The translations under genes were made by a program, and so were the position numbers. Under the pieces are notes generated by a model. The model did not search any database. It saw only the letters and a list, made by a program, of their open reading frames with translations, and was not told the origin of the DNA. A stretch of 64,000 bases of DNA from Octopus sinensis (Eukaryota), in NCBI RefSeq assembly GCF_006345805.1, contig NC_043003.1:3286001-3350000 (forward strand), read 5' to 3'. Shown here one piece after another: positions 9,846 to 21,677 of this stretch (position 1 is the stretch's first letter; every line of letters starts with the position of its first letter).

Positions 9846-12641
9846 CAGCAGAGTGGAGGTAGACTTTGTGAGTGAAGAAGAAGCGAGGAAATACTCCACT
9901 GTGCATCTGAGATCAGCAGAGTGGAGGTAGACTTTGTGAGTGAAGAAGAAGCGAGGAAATACTCCACTGTGCATCTGAGATCAGCAGAGTGGAGGTACAC
10001 TTTGTGAGTGAAGAAGAAGTGAGGAAATACTCCACTGTGCATCTGAGATCAGCAGAGTGGAGGTACACTTTGTGAGTGAAGAAGAAGCGAGGAAATACTC
10101 CACTGTGCATCTGAGATCAGCAGAGTGGAGGTACACTTTGTGAGTGAAGAAGAAGCGAGGAAATACTCCACTGTGCATCTGAGATCAGCAGAGTGGAGGT
10201 ACACTTTGTGAGTGAAGAAGAAGCGAGGAAATACTCCACTGTGCATCTGAGATCAGCAGAGTGGAGGTACACTTTGTGAGTGAAGAAGAAGCGAGGAAAT
10301 ACTCCACTGTGCATCTGAGATCAGCAGAGTGGAGGTACACTTTGTGAGTGAAGAAGAAGCGAGGAAATACTCCACTGTGCATCTGAGATCAGCAGAGTGG
10401 AGGTACACTTTGTGAGTGAAGAAGCGAGGAAATACTCCACTGTGCATCTGAGATCAGCAGAGTGGAGGTAGACTTTGTGAGTGAAGAAGAAGCGAGGAAA
10501 TACTCCACTGTGCATCTGAGATCAGCAGAGTGGAGGTACACTTTGTGAGTGAAGAAGAAGCGAGGAAATACTCCACTGTGCATCTGAGATCAGCAGAGTG
10601 GAGGTACACTTTGTGAGTGAAGAAGAAGCGAGGAAATACTCCACTGTGCATCTGAGATCAGCAGAGTGGAGGTACACTTTGTGAGTGAAGAAGAAGCGAG
10701 GAAATACTCCACTGTGCATCTGAGATCAGCAGAGTGGAGGTACACTTTGTGAGTGAGAAGAAGCGAGGAAATACTCCACTGTGCATCTGAGATCAGCAGA
10801 GTGGAGGTAGACTTTGTGAGTGAAGAAGAAGTGAGGAAATACTCCACTGTGCATCTGAGATCAGCAGAGTGGAGGTACACTTTGTGAGTGAGAAGAAGAA
10901 GCGAGGAAATACTCCACTGTGCATCTGAGATCAGCAGAGTGGAGGTACACTTTGTGAGTGAAGAAGAAGCGAGGAAATACTCCACTGTGCATCTGAGATC
11001 AGCAGAGTGGAAGTAGACTTTGTGAGTGAAGAAGAAGCGAGGAAATACTCCACTGTGCATCTGAGATCAGCAGAGTGGAGGTACACTTTGTGAGTGAAGA
11101 AGAAGCGAGGAAATACTCCACTGTGCATCTGAGATCAGCAGAGTGGAGGTACACTTTGTGAGTGAAGAAGAAGCGAGGAAATACTCCACTGTGCATCTGA
11201 GATCAGCAGAGTGGAGGTAGACTTTGTGAGTGAAGAAGAAGCGAGGAAATACTCCACTGTGCATCTGAGATCAGCAGAGTGGAGGTAGACTTTGTGAGTG
11301 AAGAAGAAGCGAGGAAATACTCCACTGTGCATCTGAGATCAGCAGAGTGGAGGTAGACTTGTGAGTGAAGAAGAAGCGAGGAAATACTCCACTGTGCATC
11401 TGAGATCAGCAGAGTGGAGGTACACTTTGTGAGTGAAGAAGAAGCGAGGAAATACTCCACTGTGCATCTGAGATCAGCAGAGTGGAGGTACACTTTGTGA
11501 GTGAAGAAGAAGCGAGGAAATACTCCACTGTGCATCTGAGATCAGCAGAGTGGAGGTACACTTTGTGAGTGAAGAAGAAGCGAGGAAATACTCCACTGTG
11601 CATCTGAGATCAGCAGAGTGGAGGTACACTTTGTGAGTGAAGAAGAAGCGAGGAAATACTCCACTGTGCATCTGAGATCAGCAGAGTGGAGGTACACTTT
11701 GTGAGTGAAGAAGAAGCGAGGAAATACTCCACTGTGCATCTGAGATCAGCAGAGTGGAGGTACACTTTGTGAGTGAAGAAGAGCGAGGAAATACTCCACT
11801 GCATCTGAGATCGAGATCAAGAGTGAGGTACACTTGTGAGTGAAGAAGAAGCGAGGAAATACTCCACTGTGCATCTGAGATCAGCAGAGTGGAGGTAGAC
11901 TTTGTGAGTGAAGAAGAAGCGAGGAAATACTCTCCACTGTGCATCTGAGATCAGCAGAGTGGAGGTACACTTTGTGAGTGAAGAAGAAGCGAGGAAATAC
12001 TCCACTGTGCATCTGAGATCAGCAGAGTGGAGGTACACTTTGTGAGTGAAGAAGAAGCGAGGAAATACTCCACTGTGCATCTGAGATCAGCAGAGTGGAG
12101 GTACACTTTGTGAGTGAAGAAGAAGCGAGGAAATACTCCACTGTGCATCTGAGATCAGCAGAGTGGAGGTACACTTTGTGAGTGAAGAAGAAGCGAGGAA
12201 ATACTCCACTGTGCATCTGAGATCAGCAGAGTGGAGGTACACTTTGTGAGTGAAGAAGAAGCGAGGAAATACTCCACTGTGCATCTGAGATCAGCAGAGT
12301 GGAGGTACACTTTGTGAGTGAAGAAGAAGCGAGGAAATACTCCACTGTGCATCTGAGATCAGCAGAGTGGAGGTACACTTTGTGAGTGAAGAAGAAGCGA
12401 GGAAATACTCCACTGTGCATCTGAGATCAGCAGAGTGGAGGTACACTTTGTGAGTGAAGAAGAAGCGAGGAAATACTCCACTGTGCATCTGAGATCAGCA
12501 GAGTGGAGGTACACTTTGTGAGTGAAGAGAAGCGAGGAAATACTCCACTGTGCATCTGAGATCAGCAGAGTGGAGGTAGACTTTGTGAGTGAAGAAGAAG
12601 CGAGGAAATACTCCACTGTGCATCTGAGATCAGCAGAGTGG
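9846..12641 (+). repeat. Tandem minisatellite, 68-bp unit, ~41 copies, near-identical
   Basis: Unit CAGCAGAGTGGAGGTA(G/C)ACTTTGTGAGTGAAGAAGAAGCGAGGAAATACTCCACTGTGCATCTGAGAT; 2785 bp / 68 is about 41. Confidence 0.97.
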
Positions 12642-12745
12642 GCGCTGCTACCGACTTACTGTGGCAAATGTGCAGCCAGAGTAAGAATAGGTAGAGTTCC
12701 CCTAGAAATTGATGAGGCGTGGCTAGTGACAGCCATCCTCTTTAA

Positions 12746-12964
12746 CCCTTTAGTATTTAAACCGGCCATATCCGGCCAAAATATTTAATCTGTTTTATGT
12801 TCAAACTGACCAGATCCAGGCCCTCACACCTACCTTACAATGTCATTCTACATGAAGTAATTACACCGTCAAGATCTTGAAGATATGAGGTAATGCATGA
12901 TTAATTCAAATCAATGGGAATCAATAAGCATTATGTTTGATAGAATAATCTGAACACTAAAGGG
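12746..12964. mobile_element. piggyBac-type MITE, 219 bp
   Basis: TTAA duplicated at 12742-12745 and 12965-12968; termini CCCTTTAGT / ACTAAAGGG. Excision restores the ORF1 frame. Confidence 0.85.
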
Positions 12965-13829
12965 TTAACACAGAAGACACTGAGATATTGAAAATATCAA
13001 GAACTTTGGAGGTGGACTGCTGGGGGTATGGACTAGAGGTTTTGGTCCATATAAGCTTGCCAGACCTCTACAAGATTGCAGAGGAAGTGATGCTTCTGGA
13101 TGAAGCAAGGTTGAGAATAGTGGTGGAAGGAAGACCGCTGGTATGTTTTCTTTGTGGAGTAAGGGGACACCTGAAAGCAAGGCGTCCCCAGCAACAAGAA
13201 AGGGAAGTAGAACAAGAGAAGCAGGAAGAAGAACAAAGAGTGGGGGTAGAAATGCAAGAAAGCGAAAAGATAGAAAAAGTAGGAGAAAAAGTAATAGGTT
13301 GGAAAAAGAAAGAAGAAAAGAGAACATGAATTCACCACCAGAAAGTGCAAAGAAAATGAGAAAAGAAAATATAGAGGAGAATCAATGCGAAAGAGCAGAG
13401 ATAGCAAAAAAGAAAATTATGGAGGAGGAAAGGAGTTTGCAGAAGGGAGAGGAAGAGAGATACAAAGAAGGATGAGGCATTAATAGAAGAAACATCAGGA
13501 GAGAATAACGATGGAAAAGGGGAGTTGGTACCAAAAGGAAAACACATCCGAATGATGAGAAGCTATAAAAAGAGTGTAGAGATCGAAAGATTACAAAACT
13601 GAAAAATGTAATTAGTGAAGTTATCAGGGAGGAAGTGTACCGAGGACGACAGGGTGGTGTTGCTTGAGGGAGAGGTGAAAGGTTAAAGGAACTATTTGGG
13701 TGAAAAAATTGAAATATCGTCATTACAAGTTTGATACGACGAGATGCCATAAGTTGTGGCATTTGAAGATGGAATAAAATAATACGAAAGAGAAATAATG
13801 ACTTTTAAAACAAAAACAAAAAAATGATG

Positions 13830-14290
13830 CAAAATAATAATAATAATGAAATTATTGTATCCAGTGCTCAGGTGCACCACAACTTGTCAAAAGTGCATAA
13901 AGTATATGCAGTAATGTAGAAATGTCTGGGAAGCGAACAGTGTATGAGTCAAATACATGCTTGTATGTGTATGGAGGGGAAAAAATCAGGTGTAGTGTTG
14001 GCGAATCTCAGGAAGCATGGAAGTCTTGAAGGATGCAGTGCTCCGACAACTAACAACTGAGGCCGGCAGTTTGTTCCATGCTTCAGCAACTCTCAGTGCG
14101 AAAAAATGTTTCCTGAAGTCATGGAAGAAGCTGTGCTGTTTTCTTACTTTGTAAATATGTCCATGGGTGTTAGATGGGTGGAGTTTGAAGAGGTGCTCAG
14201 AGTTATTGTTTGTACGATGGTTGATAATTTTATGGGTGTCTGCCAAGTCAGCTGCCAGATGTCGGAGTTTCAATGTATCAATAATGAACT
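13830..14290 (-). mobile_element. CR1-clade LINE 3' end (ORF2 C-terminus, 3' UTR, (ATT)n tail)
   Basis: Translation LKLRHLAADLADTHKII...GHIYKVRK...FRKHFFALRVAEAWNKLPASVV...FK matches the CR1 C-terminal pattern; second copy at 29805-30182. Confidence 0.85.
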
Positions 14291-14649
14291 GTAATGTTAA
14301 TGTGATACATAAACAGTAAAATGGCACTACCTGCTTTCGGGGTGGGGTGGGGTAAGCCATTTCATTCTCCTTTTCATTATATCCACAATTCATTCGATAT
14401 GTGTTTCTATGTACCCCAATGTATTGTTTTGTCTGTTTCTGTTTTGTCCCTTCTCTATTGAGGCCTTGTGCCTAATTAAAGAAATAAGGACGTTGGTGTT
14501 GCCCCTTTGCACAGTTTGAGTCCTCATGTTTGGTTTATTTTATGACGATATCGAAGCTGAGACTCAAATTTCAAATTATAATATTTGGATTTTAAAAACT
14601 ATTTAAATCTCGAGTGAAGTGCATCAACCAGATGTATTAAATGCCATTA

Positions 14650-15015
14650 CTTTACTCTTGTACTTGTTTCAGTCATTTGACTGTGGCCATGCTGGAGCAC
14701 CGCCTTTAGTCAAGTAAATCGACTCCAGAAGTTATTCTTTGTAAGCCTAGTACTTATTCTATCGGTTTCTTTTGCCAAACCGCTAAGTTACAGGGACGTA
14801 AACACACCAGCATCGGTTGTCAAGCGATGTTGGGGACACACACACACATATACAATACGACAGACTTCTTTCAGTTTCTACCAAATCCACTCACACTGCT
14901 TTGGTCGGCCCGAGGCTATAGTAGAAGACACTCGCCCAAGTGCCATGCAGTGGGACTGAACCAGGAACCATGTGGTTGGTAAGCAAGCTACTTACCACAC
15001 AGCCACTCCTGCACC
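14650..15015 (-). mobile_element. CORE-type tRNA SINE
   Basis: Reverse complement of the 304-669 family from tail to head. Confidence 0.85.
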
Positions 15016-15588
15016 TTTATTTATGATGTAATAACATCTGGTGTTAAAAGCTGCCTCAACAGCAAGTCAGGAGTATGTAACATTTTTCTTTCTTTTTTTT
15101 TACAAATGCTAGTAACTTTACTCGAAATACTGAGAGAAACTTTATTCTAAATCAAGCGCTCAGCAAAATTTTCAGTTTTGAAGCTCACGGAATTGAGTCA
15201 GCAGATGGTTTGCCAACCACTCTGTGCATCAAGATAGCTTGATGGTATTTTTGTCTTTCAGTTAATGGCCATTCTAGTTTCCTTTTTATCAAACCAGTCA
15301 GCATGCTGCTTGCATTTGGGGAAGCCTATTGGGCCATCGCCTTCAAGGGGTTTTAGCTGAACAAATCAACCCTGGTACTTACGTTTTTCTCTTCTTAAAG
15401 TCTTAAATTCTATCAGTTTTTAAGTTACAGGGATGTAAAGAAGCCAACCCTGCTTGTCAAGCAATGGGGTGGGGGTGGAGGAATAACATAGACAACAGAC
15501 ACAGACATATTTATATATGCTGGGCTTCCACACAGTTTCTATCAACTAAATTCACTCCCAGGGCATTGGTAGAAGACACTCAGCCACA

Positions 15589-16268
15589 TCTATCATCATT
15601 GTTCGACCGTGGTCGAGACAATGGAACTTATTATGTTACACCAGACTTCACGGTCCATCATAGCATTACGGAGGTCCTGTTGCTGGATGTCTGTATCCCT
15701 GGTGATTACATCAGGGTAGGAGAGTGTGCGCCCTCTGGTATCGCGAGCAGATGGCTTCCAGAGGAGAAGAGTAGAAATTACCTCGTTTTCAGCTCTACAA
15801 CAATGTCCAGCAAACTGGACTCTTCTACCTTTCACAAGAGATGACACAGGTGGTAACTTCCCATATATTTGCATTTTGGTTGGATGACACTTCCATGAGA
15901 GATTTTGAGCTCTCATAAGGAGGTGAGTGTAGGTTCCATCCAACCGCCTCTCAAGCTTCTTTGATAACGTCCAGGTTTCTGAGCCATATAGTAGAATTGG
16001 TTTGACTGTGGCTTTGAAGATTTTAAGTTTGAAATCTCTATTTAAATTTGAGAACCAGATCTTATGCATATCATTACAGGCTTCAACCATCTTAACCCCT
16101 GATGGGGAAATATCATCTTTCTCAATCAAAGCCAGAATACTGCAGGGAGACACACTCGCCCCATTTCTCTTCATCATTGTCGTTGACTATGTGCTATGTA
16201 TGTCAGTTGATACCATTTCTGGTAAAGGCTTTGAAATAAAACCTAGAAGTTCCAGACACCCAGCTGAA
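15589..16268 (-). mobile_element. RTE-clade LINE insertion, 5'-truncated with an inverted 5' segment
   Basis: Minus strand 16080-15590 encodes ACNDMHKIW...ILLYGSETWTL...RRVQFAGH plus a GAT tail; plus strand 16081-16268 encodes RT motif ILQGDTLAPFLF; 13-bp TSD with one mismatch. Confidence 0.85.
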
Positions 16269-17029
16269 CACTTAGCCACAGTGCCATGCAGTGGGACTGA
16301 ACCTGAAACCACATAGGTGCAAAAAGAGCTTCTTAATCATATAGCCTCTGCCTCCAAATGTAGGCATCCACAGGAAAAAAAAAGGGGGAGATTTGTAATT
16401 ATGTGGAAAGAAGCATGTGTTTAGTGACTACGTATGGGCCTTCAAGTTGAGCGCTTACAATGTATCTTTTCTCTGGCCATGCTGGGGCACCACCTTGAAG
16501 AACATTTAGTCAAAGGAATCAATCCTGATAGTGATTATTTTTTTTTAAAGCCTGGTAGTTCTTTTATTGATCTCTTTTGCTGAACTGCTAAGTTAGAACA
16601 TAAACAAACCAATCTCAGTTGTCAAGCAGTGGTGGCGGACAAACACATGTATACACACACATATATATGTATACATACATATACACACACAACAGGCTTC
16701 TTTCAGTTTCTCCCTCTATGGAACCTATTCACAAGGTTTTGGTCAGGCTCAAGGCTATAGTAGAAGACATTTGCCCAAGATGCCATGCAGAGGGACTGAA
16801 CCCCAGAACCTACCAAATTTCTTACCACACAGCCACACCTGCACCGATGTGTAAACATGGGAGACTGTAGACTCCAACATCAAGTTCCTAGTAATTCCAT
16901 ATTTGAATATGGAAGATGGTAATGAATGGTTTTACTATCTGTCCTTATGGGATTGTTGTACAACTTTGTGTTAGATTCAGCTGTTCTATATTTTAGGTGA
17001 GGAATTCTCTACATTATTTACCTTGGACA

Positions 17030-17610
17030 GATATGTGTCTTCATCTTGTTTGTTGTTACCACTGCGTTTGATTTACTCTTCAACCTTCACCAGGTGTCCT
17101 GGTAGAATTTTGAACCCAACCCTGGGTTCTCATTCCTCAGGTATTTTTTGCTGATGTTCATCATCATCATCATCATCGTTTAGCGTCCGTTTTCCATGCT
17201 AGCATGGGTTGGACGGGTCAACTGGGGTCTGTGAAGCTGGAAGGCTTCGTCAGGCCCAGTCAGATCTGGCAGTGTTTCTACGGCTGGATGCCCTTCCTAA
17301 CGCCAACCACTCTGATGCTTTCTGATATATGTTATTGTCATTATTTATGAACTTGGAATCTTAGCCATTATGCTAAATGCCCGTGAGCAATTATGGAGTG
17401 AATTTTAGGGCTTATAAACCTAATATTTTTGTATCCTTCCTTAATACCAGTCCCCATAGTCTACTCCTATCTGCACTAGATCTGCCTAGGAGGTTGTTGT
17501 GTCCTAGCATATGTGCTGCGTCTTTTAATTTTTGTATTTTCCAGTGTTTTCTATTATTTGAACTTCATCCTACAGGGCGGGGGGTCTCCACTTTTCCATA
17601 CATCTGAGAT
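17030..17610 (-). mobile_element. Penelope-like element 3' remnant (GIY-YIG C-terminus plus degenerate hammerhead), interrupted by an RTE-tail insertion at ~17160-17315
   Basis: Homologous to 26235-26770; frameshifted WDEV..IE.EHHWKIQKLKEAAHMLGHNNLL; GACACCTGGTGAAGG at ~17085-17099. Confidence 0.65.
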
Positions 17611-17639
17611 TGCACAAAGTACCACTCTATTTCTAATTT

Positions 17640-18420
17640 GCTGATGTCTCAGAATCAGAACTGTAATCTGGCCACCACATACATTTGATTTCATGTGGGT
17701 GATACCAGTGCTGTCTGAATGGCACATGAAAAGCTCCATTCAAGCATTGGGCCTCATAGAGACAGTAATAGGTAACTAAGGTCCTTGGTGATATACGGTG
17801 CTTGTGTTGACCTGTCAAGCCAAGTGAGACCGTAGTTGTGGTTGATGCTAGTGTCAGGTCATTGGCCCCTGTGCTGGTGGAACATAAAAAGTACCCACTA
17901 TACTCTCAGAATGATTGGCATTACGAAGGGCATCCAGACATAGAAACCTCGCCAAATCAGACAGGAACCTGGTGCAGGCCCTGGGCTTACCATTTTCCAG
18001 TCAAACCATCCAACCCCTGCCAGAATGGAAAGAGGACATTAAATGATGAGGATGACACAAAGATCATTAACATTCACAATTTTCAGAGTACAACAGTGCT
18101 TGCATGCAGCAGTGGCAAGTTCAGCAATGAAGGTTTGGTCCAAATCTCTGATCATCATTATCATCATCATCATCGTTTAACGTCCGCTTTCCATGCTGGC
18201 ATGGGTTGGACAATTTGACTGAGGACTGGCGAACCAGATGGCTGCACCAGGCTCCAATCTTGATCTGGCAGAGTTTCTACAGCTGGATGCCCTTCCTAAT
18301 GCCAACCACTCCGAGAGTGTAGTGGGTGCTTTTACGTGCCACCGGCACAAGGGCCAGTCAAGCGGTACTGGCAATGGTCGTGAAAAAATCCTGTTTTTTT
18401 TTTATGTGCCACCTGATGTA
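17640..18420. mobile_element. Two RTE-tail elements in opposite orientation (+ ~17640-18060; - ~18165-18420)
   Basis: Both carry the GAAGGGCATCCAG / (GAT)n tail in converging orientation. Confidence 0.7.
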
Positions 18421-18954
18421 CCTTATATTGTGACCCATTGGTAAATTTTGCTGAGAAGTGTCGTTTTCCTTTGTTCCTGATGTAGAGTTGCAAAACTGAA
18501 TGGAGACCCAACAAATTGTTCCTAAAGGAAAAATTTTTTAAAAACGTGCATGGACCTATTTTTGTAGGGTTGCATTGCTGTGAAGAGAAGAAAGAGAGAT
18601 GAGGACATTATGGATGGTGTATAAACGAAAGGAAGGAAGAGGACCTCATGGAAATGCGCACGATATGAAATGAAGGGCTGCAGAGCGAGGCTTGATACAA
18701 GATAATAATAGATGCAAGTCTGCTGGAAGGAAAAGATGGTGCAAGAGTCAGCTGCATGAGGTTGCAAAATTAATGCCAGATGCATGTTTGTCAGACATGG
18801 ATGAGGCATTGAACAGAAGATTGAATGTCACCATCTTGCTGCATGTGCTGCTGTGTGTCCAACATGAACAACACTTCAGGGAGAAAATTGCCAACTAAAA
18901 TTAAAGGAACAAACGAGCCAGGTGTCTTCAGGTGTATCAGTGAAGGTGCATAGC

Positions 18955-19480
18955 TTTAGTAGTTAGTATGCTGGACACATGATCATAAGATTGTGGTTTC
19001 AATTCCTGGACAGGGCGACGTGTTGTGTTCTCAAGTAAAACCATTTCATAATGCTCCAGTCCACTCAGCTGATAAAAATGACTGACCCTGTGATGGACCA
19101 GCATCCTGTCCAGTGGGGGTGGGCATATATGCACCAGAGAAACCAGCCTTCTCAGTCTATGTCTCAGAAAGGATCTTTATTTTTTATTAGGTGTACTTGT
19201 GTATGGACACTATGTGGACAGAGGTAAACAAGGACTGTGGTTATATGTGATCATACGATCAGCCAGACTATCAGATGTTGTACATTGCTGGTCACAATGC
19301 GCTTCACATTGTTTTAGCTTTCAAATGACGCCACCCTGCCAGTCAGGCGGGTAGACCGACATTCCCCTCTGATCAGAATACTATTCCGTCACAGGGTGAA
19401 CCATTTACAGCTGAGTGGACTGGACTAATGGGAAATGAAGTGTTTTGCTCAAGAACACAAAACGCTGTCAAGTCTGGGAA
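18955..19480. mobile_element. Inverted pair of related tRNA-derived SINE fragments (+ 18955-19170; - 19330-19480)
   Basis: CCAGTCCACTCAGCTG (+) versus CAGCTGAGTGGACTGG; tRNA-like head at 18955. Confidence 0.6.
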
Positions 19481-20409
19481 TTGAGCCCTTGTGAAAGAGT
19501 CTTTTGATGTTGGGCCTCACAGAGGGAATGACAAGGGACGGAGACACCTGGAGGTTTGCTGTGCTTGAGAAGATGTCCAGCTGAGTAAAACCGAGGTTGT
19601 CCCCACATACAGCCATGTCCCCTACATTCGTCTTCAGCTGAGCAATACTAATCTTGCAGGCTCATGGGTGTTGGTGCCACATGAAGGCACCTGTGCAGGT
19701 GCTGCATAAATGTACTCAGTCCACACCCTGTAAATTGGTGGATGTCCAACCATAGAAACCATGCCAAAACAACTCAACCGGCCAGCTCCTGTCAGATTGT
19801 GCGAAACAGACGTTAAATGAGGATGATGTAGCGATTGAGGGTGCAACACCCTTACCACTAGGTTGCATCCCTTCATGTGATTTTATGCAAAAACGTTTAT
19901 TGCACAAACCCCTATGAAACACGATTATTAATTCTAAACCCCATAACTCTTCCTCCTGTACATTATTAATGACTTGTGACTTCTAACGATGTCCATTCCT
20001 AGACAGAAGTTTTCACTCTTTCTTAACCTATCATACCCACCTCCATAAATCTCTTCCACACACAAACAATACCTCTTATATCAAACACACACACTGTCTC
20101 CATTACCACAGACGTCTTAACACTGTTGTCCATCAGAGCAGGCTTGCCAGCCTAACGGCCTTCAACATACAAACACAATCACTTCAGATAGCCACGAAAC
20201 AATCTTCTACCGAACCTTAATCTCGGACAATGCAGACCATATTTTCTGGTATACAAATTTAATTTTCCAGGCCCATATTTATAGCCAAAGAAGATGTCAT
20301 TTTATACACCAAGATGAGTTTCAAGGACCAAAAAATCCATGGGGCCTCACTAGCTTTAAAAAAGTGAGGGGGACAGACCAACATTTGTTGAGTCTTAAAG
20401 GAGCATGGA

Positions 20410-20520
20410 GTGACGTTATTTTCGGCGCTCATGCGCAGAGTTGGATTACTTCTGGTAGGCCACTGGAAGTTCCCTCATGCACATGCGCAGAGAACTGCCA
20501 ACAGGAAGTTTTCCCGCTAG
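20410..20520. promoter_or_regulatory. Candidate promoter: NRF1-like and ETS-like motif cluster
   Basis: GCGCTCATGCGCA (20425), GCACATGCGCA (20479), GGAAGT (20465, 20504) in a locally CpG-rich, non-repeat-looking stretch. Confidence 0.3.
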
Positions 20521-20764
20521 ATCTGTCTTTTTGTAGCTGCAGCCCTATCGAGTGGACAAGACTCAATCCTTCTCTCAAGGAAAACCCGAGAAGACACGTA
20601 GAGAAGCCCCCTTCTACGCGGGAACGGAGACAGCACTTTGGCTCACACAAGTTAACTATTGTGAATAGTTTTTATGGCCTTGGCTACCAGTTCGCCCCGA
20701 AGAAAATATATGTGTATATACTTTATTTGCGAATCCAAACAAAAAGTATTATTTATTGCTCTCT

Positions 20765-21132
20765 CTTTACTCTCTTTTACTTGTTTCAGTCATATGACTG
20801 CGGCCATGCTGCAGCACCGCCTTTAATTGAGTAACTCGACCCCAGGACTTATTCTTTTGTAAGCCCAGTCTATCGGTCTCTTTTGCCGAACCGCTAAGTG
20901 ACGGGGGATGTAAACACACCAGCATCGGTTGTCAAGCAATGCTAGGGGGACAAACACAGACACACATATATACGGCAGGCTTCTTTCAGTTTCCGTCTAC
21001 CAAATCCACTCACAAAGCATTGGTCGGCCCGGGGCTATAGCAAAAGACACTTGCCCAAGATGCCATGCAGTGGGACTGAACCCGGAACCACGTGGTTAGT
21101 TAGCAAGCTACTTACCACACAGCCACTCCTGC
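20765..21132 (-). mobile_element. CORE-type tRNA SINE
   Basis: Full reverse-complement copy of the dominant family. Confidence 0.85.
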
Positions 21133-21592
21133 TGTTGAAGATAGTCGAAGTTTTGGTTTTCCTTTTGACATAATTGAATGTAAGAGGATAAGACCGACAC
21201 CCCTCAAGTGTTCCAGAGACCTTCATCCCTGTTACAAGCATGTTAGTAAAAATCTGCTAAATCTTATGAAAAAAAATCTTTCAAATTTGCTATTGCAGGA
21301 CCCACTGCCTGCACTCGGTTATGATCCAAAATAGTGCAGTGTTGATATTCTAACGCATTTCCTTCCTGGTACCTTTTAGGACATTTTTGTTACCTGGGTA
21401 GCTCCAAAGGAGAAATATCAAATTGATAAATCATTTTTTTCCTGCTATATTGAACAAGTCCTGAAATTTTGTTTCACTGCGAAGATTTTTTAGCTCCTCT
21501 TGCACCAGTTTGACACTATGTATAATATGCCACCTAGATTGATGGTGATATTTTGTTTTCTAATTGGGAAAAAGGGAGACAAAGGATGGATA

Positions 21593-21677
21593 TTTGTAGT
21601 AAAGATTGTTTGCCAACATAGCATGGCAGTCCCGATCTAGGACGAATGTTATGTTGGCAAACAATCTTTACTACAAA
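21593..21677 (+). other. 85-nt palindromic hairpin with a 32-bp stem (candidate pre-miRNA or collapsed MITE)
   Basis: Arms 21593-21624 and 21646-21677 pair fully with one G-U; inner GTCC/GGAC stem. Confidence 0.8.

Larger units (their letters stand above)
9508..13329 (+). pseudogene. Disrupted L1/Tx1-like ORF1 (gag-like: RRM-like region plus CCHC knuckle), reconstructs to ~293 aa
   Basis: Collapsing the 68-bp array to one unit and removing the TTAA MITE gives one 882-nt frame: SYAVV...VEVDFVSEEEARK...RVRIGRVPLEIDEAWLVTAILFNTEDTEILK...GRPLVCFLCGVRGHLKARRP. The last knuckle Cys appears as CGT (Arg). Confidence 0.7.

Noticed and set aside
9558-12616. Dozens of 64-65 aa MHSGVFPRFFF ORFs
   Set aside because: Antisense read-through of the tandem unit; no independent coding evidence.
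9846-12641. 68-bp array as a CRISPR array
   Set aside because: No unique spacers, units are contiguous copies of coding sequence, no cas genes, eukaryotic context.
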